Positions 49,258 through 58,388 of a stretch of 64,000 bases of DNA are shown piece by piece. The notes under the pieces were generated by a model. That model was not told the origin of the DNA. It did no database searches and saw nothing but the letters and a program-made list of their open reading frames with translations. Both the position numbers and the translations under genes were made by a program. The DNA comes from an uncultured Candidatus Saccharibacteria bacterium (GTDB taxonomy: Bacteria > Patescibacteriota > Saccharimonadia > Saccharimonadales > EFPC-124), in the NCBI GenBank assembly GCA_965225085.1, contig CBDDBE010000001.1, positions 1,641-65,640 of the forward strand, in the 5' to 3' direction. Position 1 is the first letter of the stretch. Each line of letters begins with the position of its first letter.

Positions 49258-50914
49258 TGGTGATGCTAAACTTTATATCTATCTTCTTAGGATCTTTGGG
49301 CGCTCTGGTCACCCAAAACGGCGAGAGTTTTACATCGACGCTATTCACATTTGGGATCTGATTGACCAACGCCTGTATCTCGCCAAACCGCTTGCCCTCG
49401 ACCTGTTTGGTGAGGTCGTCTGCGTTGATCTTTGGCCCAATATAGCCCGTGGCGTCTAGCCGCGCCGAGAATGTGCCATTATCGAATTTCTGGAAGTTGC
49501 TGAACTGGAGCGAATTGTCACCGTTGCTGTAAATGCTCTGGTTGGCCTTGGCGTCAATTGCAGACAAGAGCGCAGCGTTCAGGAGCGAATCGACGTCCGT
49601 GCGCGCCACAGCCAGCATGCTGTAAGTTGTTTCAATGGTAAGCTTGCCTTGTTTGGCCTGTTCGCCGACGGCCGGACTGACCGTTGGGTTGCCTTGGCTG
49701 GAGAGGAAGCTTTCATTCATCACGACCAGGTCGTTCGAGAACTGCTGCTTGAGCTCGCTGGTCACGGCCTTAACATCCTGCTGTGCTAGCTGCGACTGCG
49801 CTTTATCGACATCAGCCTGGACAATAACAGTCACGGTTTGCTTGTCGCCACCGGCCATTGCGCTACCTGACCCGGTCAAGGAATCGTAGCCACTAATAGA
49901 ATACGCCTGCGCAGCAATGTTGTAGTCTGGGCCAATGTCGATCGCCTCGAGCTGCCCCTGAGCCGTACCAGCGATAATATGTCCACCAGAAACACCTGCT
50001 CCCGGCACTGTTATGACACTTTTACTCACAAACTTCTGGCCACTGGCTGCAACAAAAACCGTACCAGCCGGGATGGCCGTACTATCACTATCAAACGAAT
50101 TCGTCACCGTTACGCTACCGCTCGCCTTGGTGCCAACGTCCTTTGTTCCAGTCGCCGTAAAGTCTGCCGAAACCGACTTTTTGATCTGCTTGGACGTGGC
50201 TTTGAACTTAAGATCAGACGTTTTGCTCTGCGCGAGCGTCGGGTCTAGCGTCAAGGTTTGATCAATGGCAATCCCCGTCGTCTTAGCAGTAATAGTCACC
50301 GTCGCATGCGGCGCAATAGCCAGTGCCCAAATCAAAAAGGCGATCAGCACCACCCCTCCCCCCGCAATCAGCAAAAACTTCTTGCGAAAGATGTTGAAAT
50401 TTGGAACCTTGGGTATCTTTTTCTTGTCCTTGGCGGCGGGACCTTTTGCGCCTGGCGCATCGCTCGGTTTGGAAGACTGCAAATCAATCTGTGAGCTAAT
50501 GTCATCTGCAGCCGAGGCCGCAACCCCAGCTGTCGTTGCGGCCTCTGGCATTTCCTGACCTGCGGCCAGGGCAATCTCACCAACTGGCAGCTCCTCGCCA
50601 TTGATCACCTCTTCTTCGGCAACTTCAGGAGCTTCGAGTTCGGGAACCTCAGGGCGGGACTGCAAATTCTTAGCAACGGGCAACTTCAACCCGGCGGCCA
50701 GCGCAGTCAATGAATGGTCATTCGTAATCAACACGATTCGTTTGTCGGCAGAAGTGGCGCTTTTCTGCAGGAGTTTCAGATTGACGGCGCTTTGCAGCAC
50801 GCCAATTCGCTTTGGCGGCACCAGCGCCACGATCTTGGCCTTGGCGTCCTTGACCTTGCCTACAATTGCCGTGATGTCGTCTTCAATGTCGATGTATATA
50901 ACATCTTTTTTCAT
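49244..50914 (-). CDS. hypothetical bitopic membrane protein in the ftsA-ruvX-mltG operon
   Basis: 556 aa. An ~85-aa cytoplasmic domain, an acidic linker, a TM (FLLIAGGGVVLIAFLIWALAIAP) and a ~360-aa Thr/Ser/Val-rich beta-type ectodomain. It starts 2 nt after the ftsA stop and overlaps ruvX by 14 nt. Confidence 0.65.
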   Translation of the reverse strand: MKKDVIYIDIEDDITAIVGKVKDAKAKIVALVPPKRIGVLQSAVNLKLLQKSATSADKRIVLITNDHSLTALAAGLKLPVAKNLQSRPEVPELEAPEVAEEEVINGEELPVGEIALAAGQEMPEAATTAGVAASAADDISSQIDLQSSKPSDAPGAKGPAAKDKKKIPKVPNFNIFRKKFLLIAGGGVVLIAFLIWALAIAPHATVTITAKTTGIAIDQTLTLDPTLAQSKTSDLKFKATSKQIKKSVSADFTATGTKDVGTKASGSVTVTNSFDSDSTAIPAGTVFVAASGQKFVSKSVITVPGAGVSGGHIIAGTAQGQLEAIDIGPDYNIAAQAYSISGYDSLTGSGSAMAGGDKQTVTVIVQADVDKAQSQLAQQDVKAVTSELKQQFSNDLVVMNESFLSSQGNPTVSPAVGEQAKQGKLTIETTYSMLAVARTDVDSLLNAALLSAIDAKANQSIYSNGDNSLQFSNFQKFDNGTFSARLDATGYIGPKINADDLTKQVEGKRFGEIQALVNQIPNVNSVDVKLSPFWVTRAPKDPKKIDIKFSITNGGN

Positions 50915-50915
50915 A

Positions 50916-52184
50916 CTACATGCTCAAGATTCGGTTAAATTTTTCTTTGAGGCCGTCACCGCCTGCGCTGCCTACAATCGTATCATATCCAACACGCAGA
51001 AGTCCCATTGGCGTGATAAATGTGTGGTCGATAACCTTGCCTGTTGCGTCAGTAATCCCGGCGACCTGGCTGGGATGAATACGCTGAATGGTTGGCTTCT
51101 TGGTGAACGGCAGCTCCTTCCACCATTCGCGGTCCTCAAGCGCATCGATTAGCTTGGCGAGCCCGGCGCCACCGCCGCACAGCAGTATCCGATTGGGCAG
51201 ATGATCTATAGCGTCAAATTCGCCCAGCGCCAGCTCGACACCGTTCAACCAGACTTCCAGCGTTTTGTCGACAGCTTTGTCCAGGCCTTTCTTGATGTCG
51301 GGTTTGAGGTTTGGCTCATCGATAGCTAGCTTCAACTTCTCGGCATCATCAAACGACACATCGAGCTCCGAGGCAATCGTCTTAGTAAAACTGCGACCCC
51401 CGATGCCGAACATCTTGGTGCCCTCAACCCCACCGTCATTCACTACTGCAATATCCGTCGTACCACCACCAATATCCGCGAGTATAGCCGTAAAATTGCT
51501 GCTGGCATCCACGCCCAGCACCGAACGGCTGACAGCAAATGGCTCGGCCGCTACCGCGAGCAAATCAAGGTCAAGCTCGCTAGCCGTGCGTTCAAGCGCA
51601 CCAATATGAACCATTGGCGCAAACGCGGTATAGATCTGAATCGCCACATCTTTACCCTGAAAACCAATCGGGTTGCTAACCTTATAGCCATCGATGTGAA
51701 TGCTGACAATAGCGCTGTTTACCAGCTTGATCTCGACGTCAGCGTTACCCGTTTCCCACGCGATTTCCTTGTGGGCACGAGTTTGGGCCCGCTCTTGCAC
51801 CTTCTCGATGATAAATTCCATCTCGCCCATATCCAGCGGCTTGTCGGGCTGCGGCCGTTTGTAGCGAATGGTCTGGGTAATGCCCTTGACCAGCTCGCCA
51901 GCAATGCCGATAACCACGCGTTTGGCCTGCAAACCCGCCTGATCTTCAGCCTCGCTGAGAGCCAGCTCGCAATTACGCACCACGCCCGCGATGTCGGCAA
52001 TTGCGCCAGAATGCATATCGCTCAGCTCTTGGTGTGCGCGGCCAACGCCAATAATCTTCAGCTCATCACCCTCTATACGAGCGACCAGAGCCTTGACATA
52101 TTCAGTTCCAATATCGAGCGCTACCAGATGTTGGTCTTCGGTATGCGGACCGGGTAGTGCAGCCTTGAGTTTGTCGAGAATCAT
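50916..52184 (-). CDS. ftsA: cell division protein FtsA (actin-like ATPase)
   Basis: LVALDIGTEYVKALV phosphate-1 motif, ILADIGGGTTDIAV phosphate-2, LCGGGAGL adenosine motif, and a C-terminal amphipathic tail GLKEKFNRILSM. Confidence 0.8.
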   Translation of the reverse strand: MILDKLKAALPGPHTEDQHLVALDIGTEYVKALVARIEGDELKIIGVGRAHQELSDMHSGAIADIAGVVRNCELALSEAEDQAGLQAKRVVIGIAGELVKGITQTIRYKRPQPDKPLDMGEMEFIIEKVQERAQTRAHKEIAWETGNADVEIKLVNSAIVSIHIDGYKVSNPIGFQGKDVAIQIYTAFAPMVHIGALERTASELDLDLLAVAAEPFAVSRSVLGVDASSNFTAILADIGGGTTDIAVVNDGGVEGTKMFGIGGRSFTKTIASELDVSFDDAEKLKLAIDEPNLKPDIKKGLDKAVDKTLEVWLNGVELALGEFDAIDHLPNRILLCGGGAGLAKLIDALEDREWWKELPFTKKPTIQRIHPSQVAGITDATGKVIDHTFITPMGLLRVGYDTIVGSAGGDGLKEKFNRILSM

Positions 52185-52346
52185 CTTGCTTAAGTATACA
52201 ACATGGCTCCCGGTTCATATAGAGCAAAAATTGACTATTTAATCATAAAATGGTAAATATAGATAGTCCCTCCTGCGGAGCCATCGATGCAATGCCGACC
52301 CGGCATTGTCTACCATAAGGCCCGCATAGCCAACAAAGGAGCTCCC

Positions 52347-52550
52347 GTGCGCAAGCGACCGCGAGCAAGCAGGCCCGACGAGCTGCCCGAAGGCGTCCGG
52401 ATCGTATCCGGCACCGGCGACCTCAACCTTGAGGGCGCGAGGATCAGTGGCGGGAAAGCCGGCGTCCGGATCAATGCCGGGGGCTCTGTCAGCCTCGAAG
52501 GCGCAACGATCTGCGGCGGAGATTTCGTCGAAGAGACCGAAGTCGATTAG
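52347..52550 (+). CDS. hypothetical small Gly-rich repeat protein
   Basis: GTG start 5 nt after SD aaaggag; 67 aa with periodic G-x-(V/I/L)-x-(L/I)-x-G segments. Followed by a U-tract terminator. Preferred over the antisense ORF 52239-52562. Confidence 0.45.
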   Translation: MRKRPRASRPDELPEGVRIVSGTGDLNLEGARISGGKAGVRINAGGSVSLEGATICGGDFVEETEVD

Positions 52551-52564
52551 CCAACCCAGCATGA

Positions 52565-52607
52565 CCCCGCCCGCCCATCCGCCAAAGGATGTGGCTGGCG
52601 GGGTTTT
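52565..52607 (+). terminator. rho-independent terminator
   Basis: ccccgcc ... ggcgggg followed by TTTT. Confidence 0.6.
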
Positions 52608-52643
52608 AGAACCTTCCCATTTCGAACCACGTCTGGAGTTCCT

Positions 52644-52973
52644 ATGGTCACCCCAAAGAAACCGAAACGCACAGCCGCCACGAGAGGGATGCTCCTGAAG
52701 AGCTACGCCGCAACCCTTCTAGCGGGTACCTGCGCACTCGCGGCATTCATCGCCGCAGGCGTCAGCCTGCTCCACACGAACAGCGCGATGCCTCACGTTG
52801 GCGGGGCGGCTCTGTTCTGGCGCATCCCTTGCTGCATGCTTTGGGTGGCGCTCAGCTGCTATGTCAGTAGACTGATCAGCAGCTACTGGGATGACGACCC
52901 GGAGCAGACCATGCGCAGCAAGCTCAAACAAGACGCTCTGAGCATCGCTGCGCTCTTCGGAGTTGGGGAATAG
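52644..52973 (+). CDS. hypothetical membrane protein
   Basis: 109 aa, basic N-terminus, two TMs. Confidence 0.5.
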   Translation: MVTPKKPKRTAATRGMLLKSYAATLLAGTCALAAFIAAGVSLLHTNSAMPHVGGAALFWRIPCCMLWVALSCYVSRLISSYWDDDPEQTMRSKLKQDALSIAALFGVGE

Positions 52974-52990
52974 CTAGGGCAAACATCAAG

Positions 52991-53036
52991 CCGGACCGCG
53001 GCTAGCGGCGCACTCTGCGCCCTGTCGCGGTCCTGG
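52991..53036 (+). terminator. compound GC hairpin
   Basis: ggaccgcg/cgcggtcc outer stem, ggcgca/tgcgcc inner stem. Confidence 0.45.
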
Positions 53037-53095
53037 TTCTCTACTTTTTATGAAATTATGTTTTAGAAAAAGCGAGTAAATAGTATAATAAACAG

Positions 53096-53554
53096 ATGAT
53101 CCCGGCAACTCCGCCGGGGCACGTACGAGGGGAGATCCTCATGGTTGGTGCGCTGGTCGTGTTCGCCTTTGCCCTGGCGGGGGTGTTCTACGGCGGGTCT
53201 GGCAAGAATGTCGGTCTGGCCGCTATTTCGGCGGTTGTCGGCTCCATCGCCCTACTCATCGCCTTCCCAAGCGTCCTCTCCGTCGGTGGGGTCCTGCCAA
53301 GCATTGGGCTGGTGGTTGTCCTGCTAGCGGGCGCCCTCTGCTTTGTGCTTGGGCTCTACAAGAAGAGCCTGCCTACGGCCATCATGTTGATACTGGGAGC
53401 AGTAGCCATGGCGTGGGCCACTTTCCGCCTGCTGCCCTCAGGGCCAGTCGCCTTCCAGCATCTGGCGACACATCTGAGTACTGCCGGCAAAGAGGCCTGG
53501 AACGGCGTGATCGGGTTCTTCGCAGACTTGACCGCCGGCAACAAGAAGAAGTGA
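53096..53554 (+). CDS. hypothetical polytopic membrane protein
   Basis: 4-5 TMs. A TAGTATAAT -10 box lies at 53081-53089. An alternative start ATG at 53141 is preceded by gaggggag. Confidence 0.55.
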   Translation: MIPATPPGHVRGEILMVGALVVFAFALAGVFYGGSGKNVGLAAISAVVGSIALLIAFPSVLSVGGVLPSIGLVVVLLAGALCFVLGLYKKSLPTAIMLILGAVAMAWATFRLLPSGPVAFQHLATHLSTAGKEAWNGVIGFFADLTAGNKKK

Positions 53555-53559
53555 GCGTT

Positions 53560-53595
53560 GGGCTGCGTCGTCGTCTTTCGGGACTGGCGCAGCCC
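53560..53595. terminator. 8-bp GC hairpin between convergent genes
   Basis: gggctgcg ... cgcagccc. Confidence 0.4.
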
Positions 53596-53623
53596 GCCTC
53601 ACGGCAAACTCTTTTGAACTTAT

Positions 53624-55516
53624 CTAAACCAGTGCAGCCTTTATACGGCGCACGCCAGCCGAGCTAGCTTCTTCTTTCAAGATCTTGAACTTTTTGCCAT
53701 CCTCGGCAAGCTGCATGGTATGGTCGACGTGCGGTCCACCGCAAATCTCGAAGCTAAACGGCTTGTCGGCGCCGTCCGCAATCATCTTGTAAACTTTCAC
53801 TGTGTCGCCGTAGCGATCGCCAAACTGGCCCAGGGCGCCCTTTTCCTCGATAGCCACCTTGGTCGGATACTCTTCCCAGCTGACCTTGAGGTCGTTTTGG
53901 ATTTGCTGATTCACAATGTCTTCAACGTGTTGGAGCTGATCTGGCGTTACCTTCTCTGGATGGGAAAAGTCAAACCGCAGACGTTCCTCGGTAATGTTGC
54001 TGCCGCGCTGCACCACATGGTCGCCGAGCACTTCGCGCAAGGCTTGATACATTAGATGGGTCGCTGTGTGGTACTTCTTATGCTGAAGAGTTTGGCCGCC
54101 GAGGCCGCCCTTGAAGGTGCCCTTGGCCGCGGTCTGAGAGCGTGAACGCTGCTCGGCCATAGCCTGGTCGAATGCTGCTCGCCAATTTTGCTGGACGGGC
54201 TTACTCCAGTGAAAGGCTTCCTCGACGCTCAGCTCCACCGGAAATCCATAGGTGTCGTACAGCCGGAATAGATCTTCGCCGGTGATTTCGGCCTGCTCTT
54301 CGGCAATCTTGTTAAATTCCTTGATTCCCTTGCGAATGGTGGTACGAAACGCCTTCTCCTCGCGCACCAGTACATCGATCACCTCTTGGCGCCGCTCGGC
54401 TACCTCTGGAAAATCATCTGCATACAGATCGGCAATAACAGGCACGACTTCTTCCAGGAAATTCTGCTCGATACCCAGCTCGAACGCAAAGCGAATCGCC
54501 CGGCGTAGCAGGCGACGCATGACATACCCTTGCTCTTTGTTGCTGGGGCGAATGCCGTCCACGGCCAGGAAAGTGGCTCCGCGCAGGTGGTCCGAGATAA
54601 CACGCATAGCAGTTGTATGGCTGTCGTACTTTTTCTCGCTCAGCTGTTCTAGCTTTTCGACAATTGGCCATAGCAGGCTGATCTTGAAGACATCCGGTGT
54701 GTCCATGGCTGCGGCGGCAATGCGCTCCAGGCCGCCACCGTAGTCGACGTTGCGCTTTGGCAGCGGCTTTACGCCATCGTCAGTCTTGACGTAGGCCATA
54801 AACACGCTGTTTCCCAGCTCGATATAGCGTCCACAGTCGCAGTTAACATGACATTTCTCGCCATATTCTAGATTGTGCTCGACGCTCGGGAATAGATAGA
54901 ACATCTCGGTGGTTGGGCCGCCTGGTTCGCCGATGGTCATGTCTTTTGCACCGCCTGGGCCACGCCACCACCAATTCTTGTCGCTGTAGAAGAAAATCCG
55001 TCCCTCCTGGGTGCCGACCTTGGCGCCGTTCTCTTCGGTATCGATGTCGACGCGCTTGGCATCAACGCCGGCCTCTTCAAATAATGTCGCCCAGATGTCC
55101 GCAGCCTCGATATCGCGAGGCACATCTGCCGCTTCGTCACCGATAAAACACGTGACAAAGATGCGGTTCGGGTCAAGCCCGATTTCCTTGGTCAAGAATT
55201 CCCAGAACCACGGGATCTGCTCTTTCTTAAAGTAATCACCAAGGCTCCAGTTACCCAGCATCTCGAAGAATGTCGTGTGGCGATTGTCGCCCACTTCCTC
55301 GATATCTTGCACACGAATGCACGTCTGGCTGTCGACCAGCCTGGTGCCGCTCGGGTGCTCCTCGCCTAGCAAATACGGCACCAGTGGCTGCATGCCGCTG
55401 CCTGTAAATAGCGTCGTTGGGTCATTTTGCGGCACCAACAGCGCCCGTGGGATAATGGCATGGTCACGAGCTTTGAAAAATGCGAGGTATTTGGAGCGGA
55501 TTTCTTGAGCGTTCAT
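53624..55516 (-). CDS. alaS: alanine--tRNA ligase, short form lacking the C-Ala domain
   Basis: Class II core (FTGSGMQP, GDNRHTTFFEMLGNWS). Editing-domain metal ligands (HTATHLM, ICGGPHV). The protein ends about 35 aa after CGGPH, at 630 aa. Confidence 0.92.
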   Translation of the reverse strand: MNAQEIRSKYLAFFKARDHAIIPRALLVPQNDPTTLFTGSGMQPLVPYLLGEEHPSGTRLVDSQTCIRVQDIEEVGDNRHTTFFEMLGNWSLGDYFKKEQIPWFWEFLTKEIGLDPNRIFVTCFIGDEAADVPRDIEAADIWATLFEEAGVDAKRVDIDTEENGAKVGTQEGRIFFYSDKNWWWRGPGGAKDMTIGEPGGPTTEMFYLFPSVEHNLEYGEKCHVNCDCGRYIELGNSVFMAYVKTDDGVKPLPKRNVDYGGGLERIAAAAMDTPDVFKISLLWPIVEKLEQLSEKKYDSHTTAMRVISDHLRGATFLAVDGIRPSNKEQGYVMRRLLRRAIRFAFELGIEQNFLEEVVPVIADLYADDFPEVAERRQEVIDVLVREEKAFRTTIRKGIKEFNKIAEEQAEITGEDLFRLYDTYGFPVELSVEEAFHWSKPVQQNWRAAFDQAMAEQRSRSQTAAKGTFKGGLGGQTLQHKKYHTATHLMYQALREVLGDHVVQRGSNITEERLRFDFSHPEKVTPDQLQHVEDIVNQQIQNDLKVSWEEYPTKVAIEEKGALGQFGDRYGDTVKVYKMIADGADKPFSFEICGGPHVDHTMQLAEDGKKFKILKEEASSAGVRRIKAALV

Positions 55517-55613
55517 ATCTGGATATTATAACAAACAGAGGCCAAAGAGTGAACGGGTATGAAGAACCCCGCCGATTGCGGGGCTCTTCACGAGCGTCCA
55601 CGCCACAGCGGGG

Positions 55614-56258
55614 TTACAGTTCGTCGTCTTCCTGGGCGATCTCCTGCCTCAGCAGCTGGACCTTCTCATCGTCGGGCACACTGTCGACGAAGGTCACAGC
55701 AGGCTGCCAAGTACCAGCGCGAAGAAGCGCATAGGCCCTCTCGGCCCTATCGAGCGTCGGCGCCGTCAAGGTCAGTGACCAGGTGCGCCACCGGCCCATC
55801 GGAAGATCTAGCCGGATGCCCGTGACGTAGTCGTCATACCGCACCGCCCGCACGACTCGCTCGATGATCTCCTCGGTCATCGGAAACTCACGATCGATCG
55901 CGTGCGTAACCGTGGCCGTTGCACCGGTGATACCCTGCGCGCGCAGAGTCCGCCAGTCGTAGAGGCCCGCGAGAGGGAAGTGATCCGAACCGCCCATCTT
56001 GATCCTGGCGAAGGCAACCGGCATCCCCTTCAGGGCACACCGCAAGTCCCCTCCATCTACTCTGCCCTGACGGATCTGAACAGTCATACCCCCAGACGGG
56101 TAGGCCTGAAGGCCTGACACCTTCAAGCTATAGGTGTGGGGGTCGGCTTGCAACGCCGCAAGCAGTTCGTCGTGAAGACGTATAGCTCTGTCTCCGCGGG
56201 GCTTGCCGCCCAAATCGACGGTCACCTCGAGTTCGTAGCCGTACATGATGCCTCGCAT
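55614..56258 (-). CDS. hypothetical protein
   Basis: 214-aa GC-rich ORF with its own upstream promoter-like region and an acidic C-terminus. No family recognised. Confidence 0.5.
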   Translation of the reverse strand: MRGIMYGYELEVTVDLGGKPRGDRAIRLHDELLAALQADPHTYSLKVSGLQAYPSGGMTVQIRQGRVDGGDLRCALKGMPVAFARIKMGGSDHFPLAGLYDWRTLRAQGITGATATVTHAIDREFPMTEEIIERVVRAVRYDDYVTGIRLDLPMGRWRTWSLTLTAPTLDRAERAYALLRAGTWQPAVTFVDSVPDDEKVQLLRQEIAQEDDEL

Positions 56259-56381
56259 CCGTAGTTTGAACTGACTGTATTATAAAATCACCTCTTTGAT
56301 TAATTGTCAATATTAAAGAGGCTCTCAAAGGAGCCTCTCTTTAAAATGAGCAAACCGGCTGGTGCCGGCTTTACAAACTCT

Positions 56382-56606
56382 TTACCACTTTGCCCCGTCG
56401 CCCTTGTCACCTTCGTCGGGTGCAGGTGCTGCTGGCATGTCACCGCCCTCTGGAGCAGCAGGTGCTTCAGGTGCGTCGCCTTCAGCTGGCATTTGTGGAG
56501 CTTCTGGCATTGGAGCGCCCTGATCGCCTGAGCCGTTCATAGGAGCCTGTGGCATGTCGCTTGCGCCAGTATTTTGTGGTTCGTTTTGTGCGTCGTCTGG
56601 ATTCAT
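56382..56606 (-). CDS. small acidic Pro/Ala/Gly-rich protein
   Basis: 74 aa of low complexity with repeated (M)P(x)AP units. Followed on the minus strand by two stem-loops (56370-56353; 56342-56321 plus T-rich). Confidence 0.45.
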   Translation of the reverse strand: MNPDDAQNEPQNTGASDMPQAPMNGSGDQGAPMPEAPQMPAEGDAPEAPAAPEGGDMPAAPAPDEGDKGDGAKW

Positions 56607-56657
56607 AGACCCTCCGTTTTTAGTGCTTGTGCTTTGTATTATAGAGAGAAATATAGA

Positions 56658-57752
56658 TTATACAACAATACCACCGCCGACCACCCGATCGCCGTCATAC
56701 AAAACAGCCGATTGCCCCGGTGTGAGCGCCCGTTCAGGCTCATCGAGCACTAGCTTTATCTCATCTCCAGTCGGCACGATTCGGCAACCGATCAGCGGCG
56801 CACGGTGACGCGTGCGGACTTGGTATTTCCTGCTTGCGTCCGGCGCATCGTTTATCCAATGTAACTGCCCCAGCGTCAACTCATGCCGCCACAACTGTTC
56901 GTCGTTGAGATCGGTGGTAACGTATACAATATTCTTCGCCATATCCTTGCCCGCCACATAAAACGGCAGCCCACCTCCCACATGTAAGCCTTGCCGCTGG
57001 CCGATAGTATAGAAAATCGCGCCGTCATGCTGGCCGATAGTCTCGCCTGTCTTCTTATCCACGATATCGCCCGGCCGAGCATCGACATAATTTTGTAAAA
57101 ACTCCTTGATGCCAATCTTCCCCACAAAGCAAATTCCCTGTGAATCCCTCTTTTCGGCCGTCACTAACCCGAGCTTGCGCGCTTCGTCGCGGACCTGCGG
57201 CTTGGTTAGATCGCCGATTGGCAATAGCGTTTTGCTAAGCGCTTCGTGAGTGACACGATACAGAAAATATGACTGGTCCTTGTTGGTATCGAGCCCTGCC
57301 AGCAATGTAGCATCGGCCGGGAGTGGCTCGCCGCCACTCGCAGGGTCATTCGATCGAACAATTCGAGCATAATGCCCCGTCGCAATCATATCCGCCCCAT
57401 CGGCCAGCGATGCCTTCAGGAACAGATCAAACTTAATCTCTTGATTGCACATAATATCAGGGTTCGGCGTTCGACCGGCCTGATACTCGGCAATCATGTA
57501 GTCCACGACTTGCTGCTTGTATTCCTTCTGAAAATCAAACACCTTGAACGGAATACCCAGCTGCACCGCGACTCGCTTAGCATCAGCCAAATCATCGGCC
57601 CACGGGCACACAAAGCCAGGCAAATCCGTCGCCCAGTTCTTCATGTACACCCCTGTTACTTGGTATCCTTCGCGCTTCAAAAGCGCCGCGGTCACCGAGC
57701 TATCCACACCGCCACTCATGCCGACATATACGTGTATAGCGCTCTTATCCAT
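56658..57752 (-). CDS. mnmA: tRNA 2-thiouridine(34) synthase MnmA
   Basis: PP-loop VGMSGGVDSSV, CNQEIKF, ATGHYAR, DQSYFL. Confidence 0.93.
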   Translation of the reverse strand: MDKSAIHVYVGMSGGVDSSVTAALLKREGYQVTGVYMKNWATDLPGFVCPWADDLADAKRVAVQLGIPFKVFDFQKEYKQQVVDYMIAEYQAGRTPNPDIMCNQEIKFDLFLKASLADGADMIATGHYARIVRSNDPASGGEPLPADATLLAGLDTNKDQSYFLYRVTHEALSKTLLPIGDLTKPQVRDEARKLGLVTAEKRDSQGICFVGKIGIKEFLQNYVDARPGDIVDKKTGETIGQHDGAIFYTIGQRQGLHVGGGLPFYVAGKDMAKNIVYVTTDLNDEQLWRHELTLGQLHWINDAPDASRKYQVRTRHRAPLIGCRIVPTGDEIKLVLDEPERALTPGQSAVLYDGDRVVGGGIVV

Positions 57753-58371
57753 GGCTCATACTCACGACAATTACCTTTACCAGCTCGCTGGCACCCAGCC
57801 ATAGCCCACGCGGCGTCAGCCACCAGGTTGCAGCCGGCCAGTCGCGATCACTGGAGGTCGGATGGTTCACGATGCTCGCGACGTCGCCCAACCGTCGATT
57901 GAACTCTATACTCGCTCGGCGCTGATGATACGGCGACGTCACCAATATGAGCCGTCGAAAGCCGTGCTGCAACACAATCGGCCGCACCTGCGATGCATTG
58001 TCGGCGGTATTGACCGACTGTTCGTCCAGCAGGATAGCATCCGCCGGCATACCAGCGCCGAGAGCCATTGTCTTCATGGCGGCAGCGTTACTCGCACCCT
58101 CTTTGTCTTCGGCTGCGCCCGAGAAGATGATCGTCTGCGCCCACCCCTGTTTATACAGTCCAATTGCCTCGCGTGCTCGTGCGTCAGTGTCGCCGCCACT
58201 AATTGCCACAATGGCATCGGCTGGGCGGCATGCAGCGTCAACCTGCTGCGGACCATGGCAGCCACTTAGGTCATCAACGCTCAAAATTCTAGGCACGAGC
58301 AAAACAAAACCTACGATCAGAAGTATCGGAGCGAAGACGGTCAACAGTAATTTAATCAAAAGCGATATCAT
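57745..58371 (-). CDS. YdcF/DUF218 family protein (SanA/ElyC-like)
   Basis: N-terminal TM, DAIVAISGG, LILVTSPYHQRRA. Confidence 0.8.
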   Translation of the reverse strand: MISLLIKLLLTVFAPILLIVGFVLLVPRILSVDDLSGCHGPQQVDAACRPADAIVAISGGDTDARAREAIGLYKQGWAQTIIFSGAAEDKEGASNAAAMKTMALGAGMPADAILLDEQSVNTADNASQVRPIVLQHGFRRLILVTSPYHQRRASIEFNRRLGDVASIVNHPTSSDRDWPAATWWLTPRGLWLGASELVKVIVVSMSHG

Positions 58372-58388
58372 ATGTTCTAGTATCGCGA

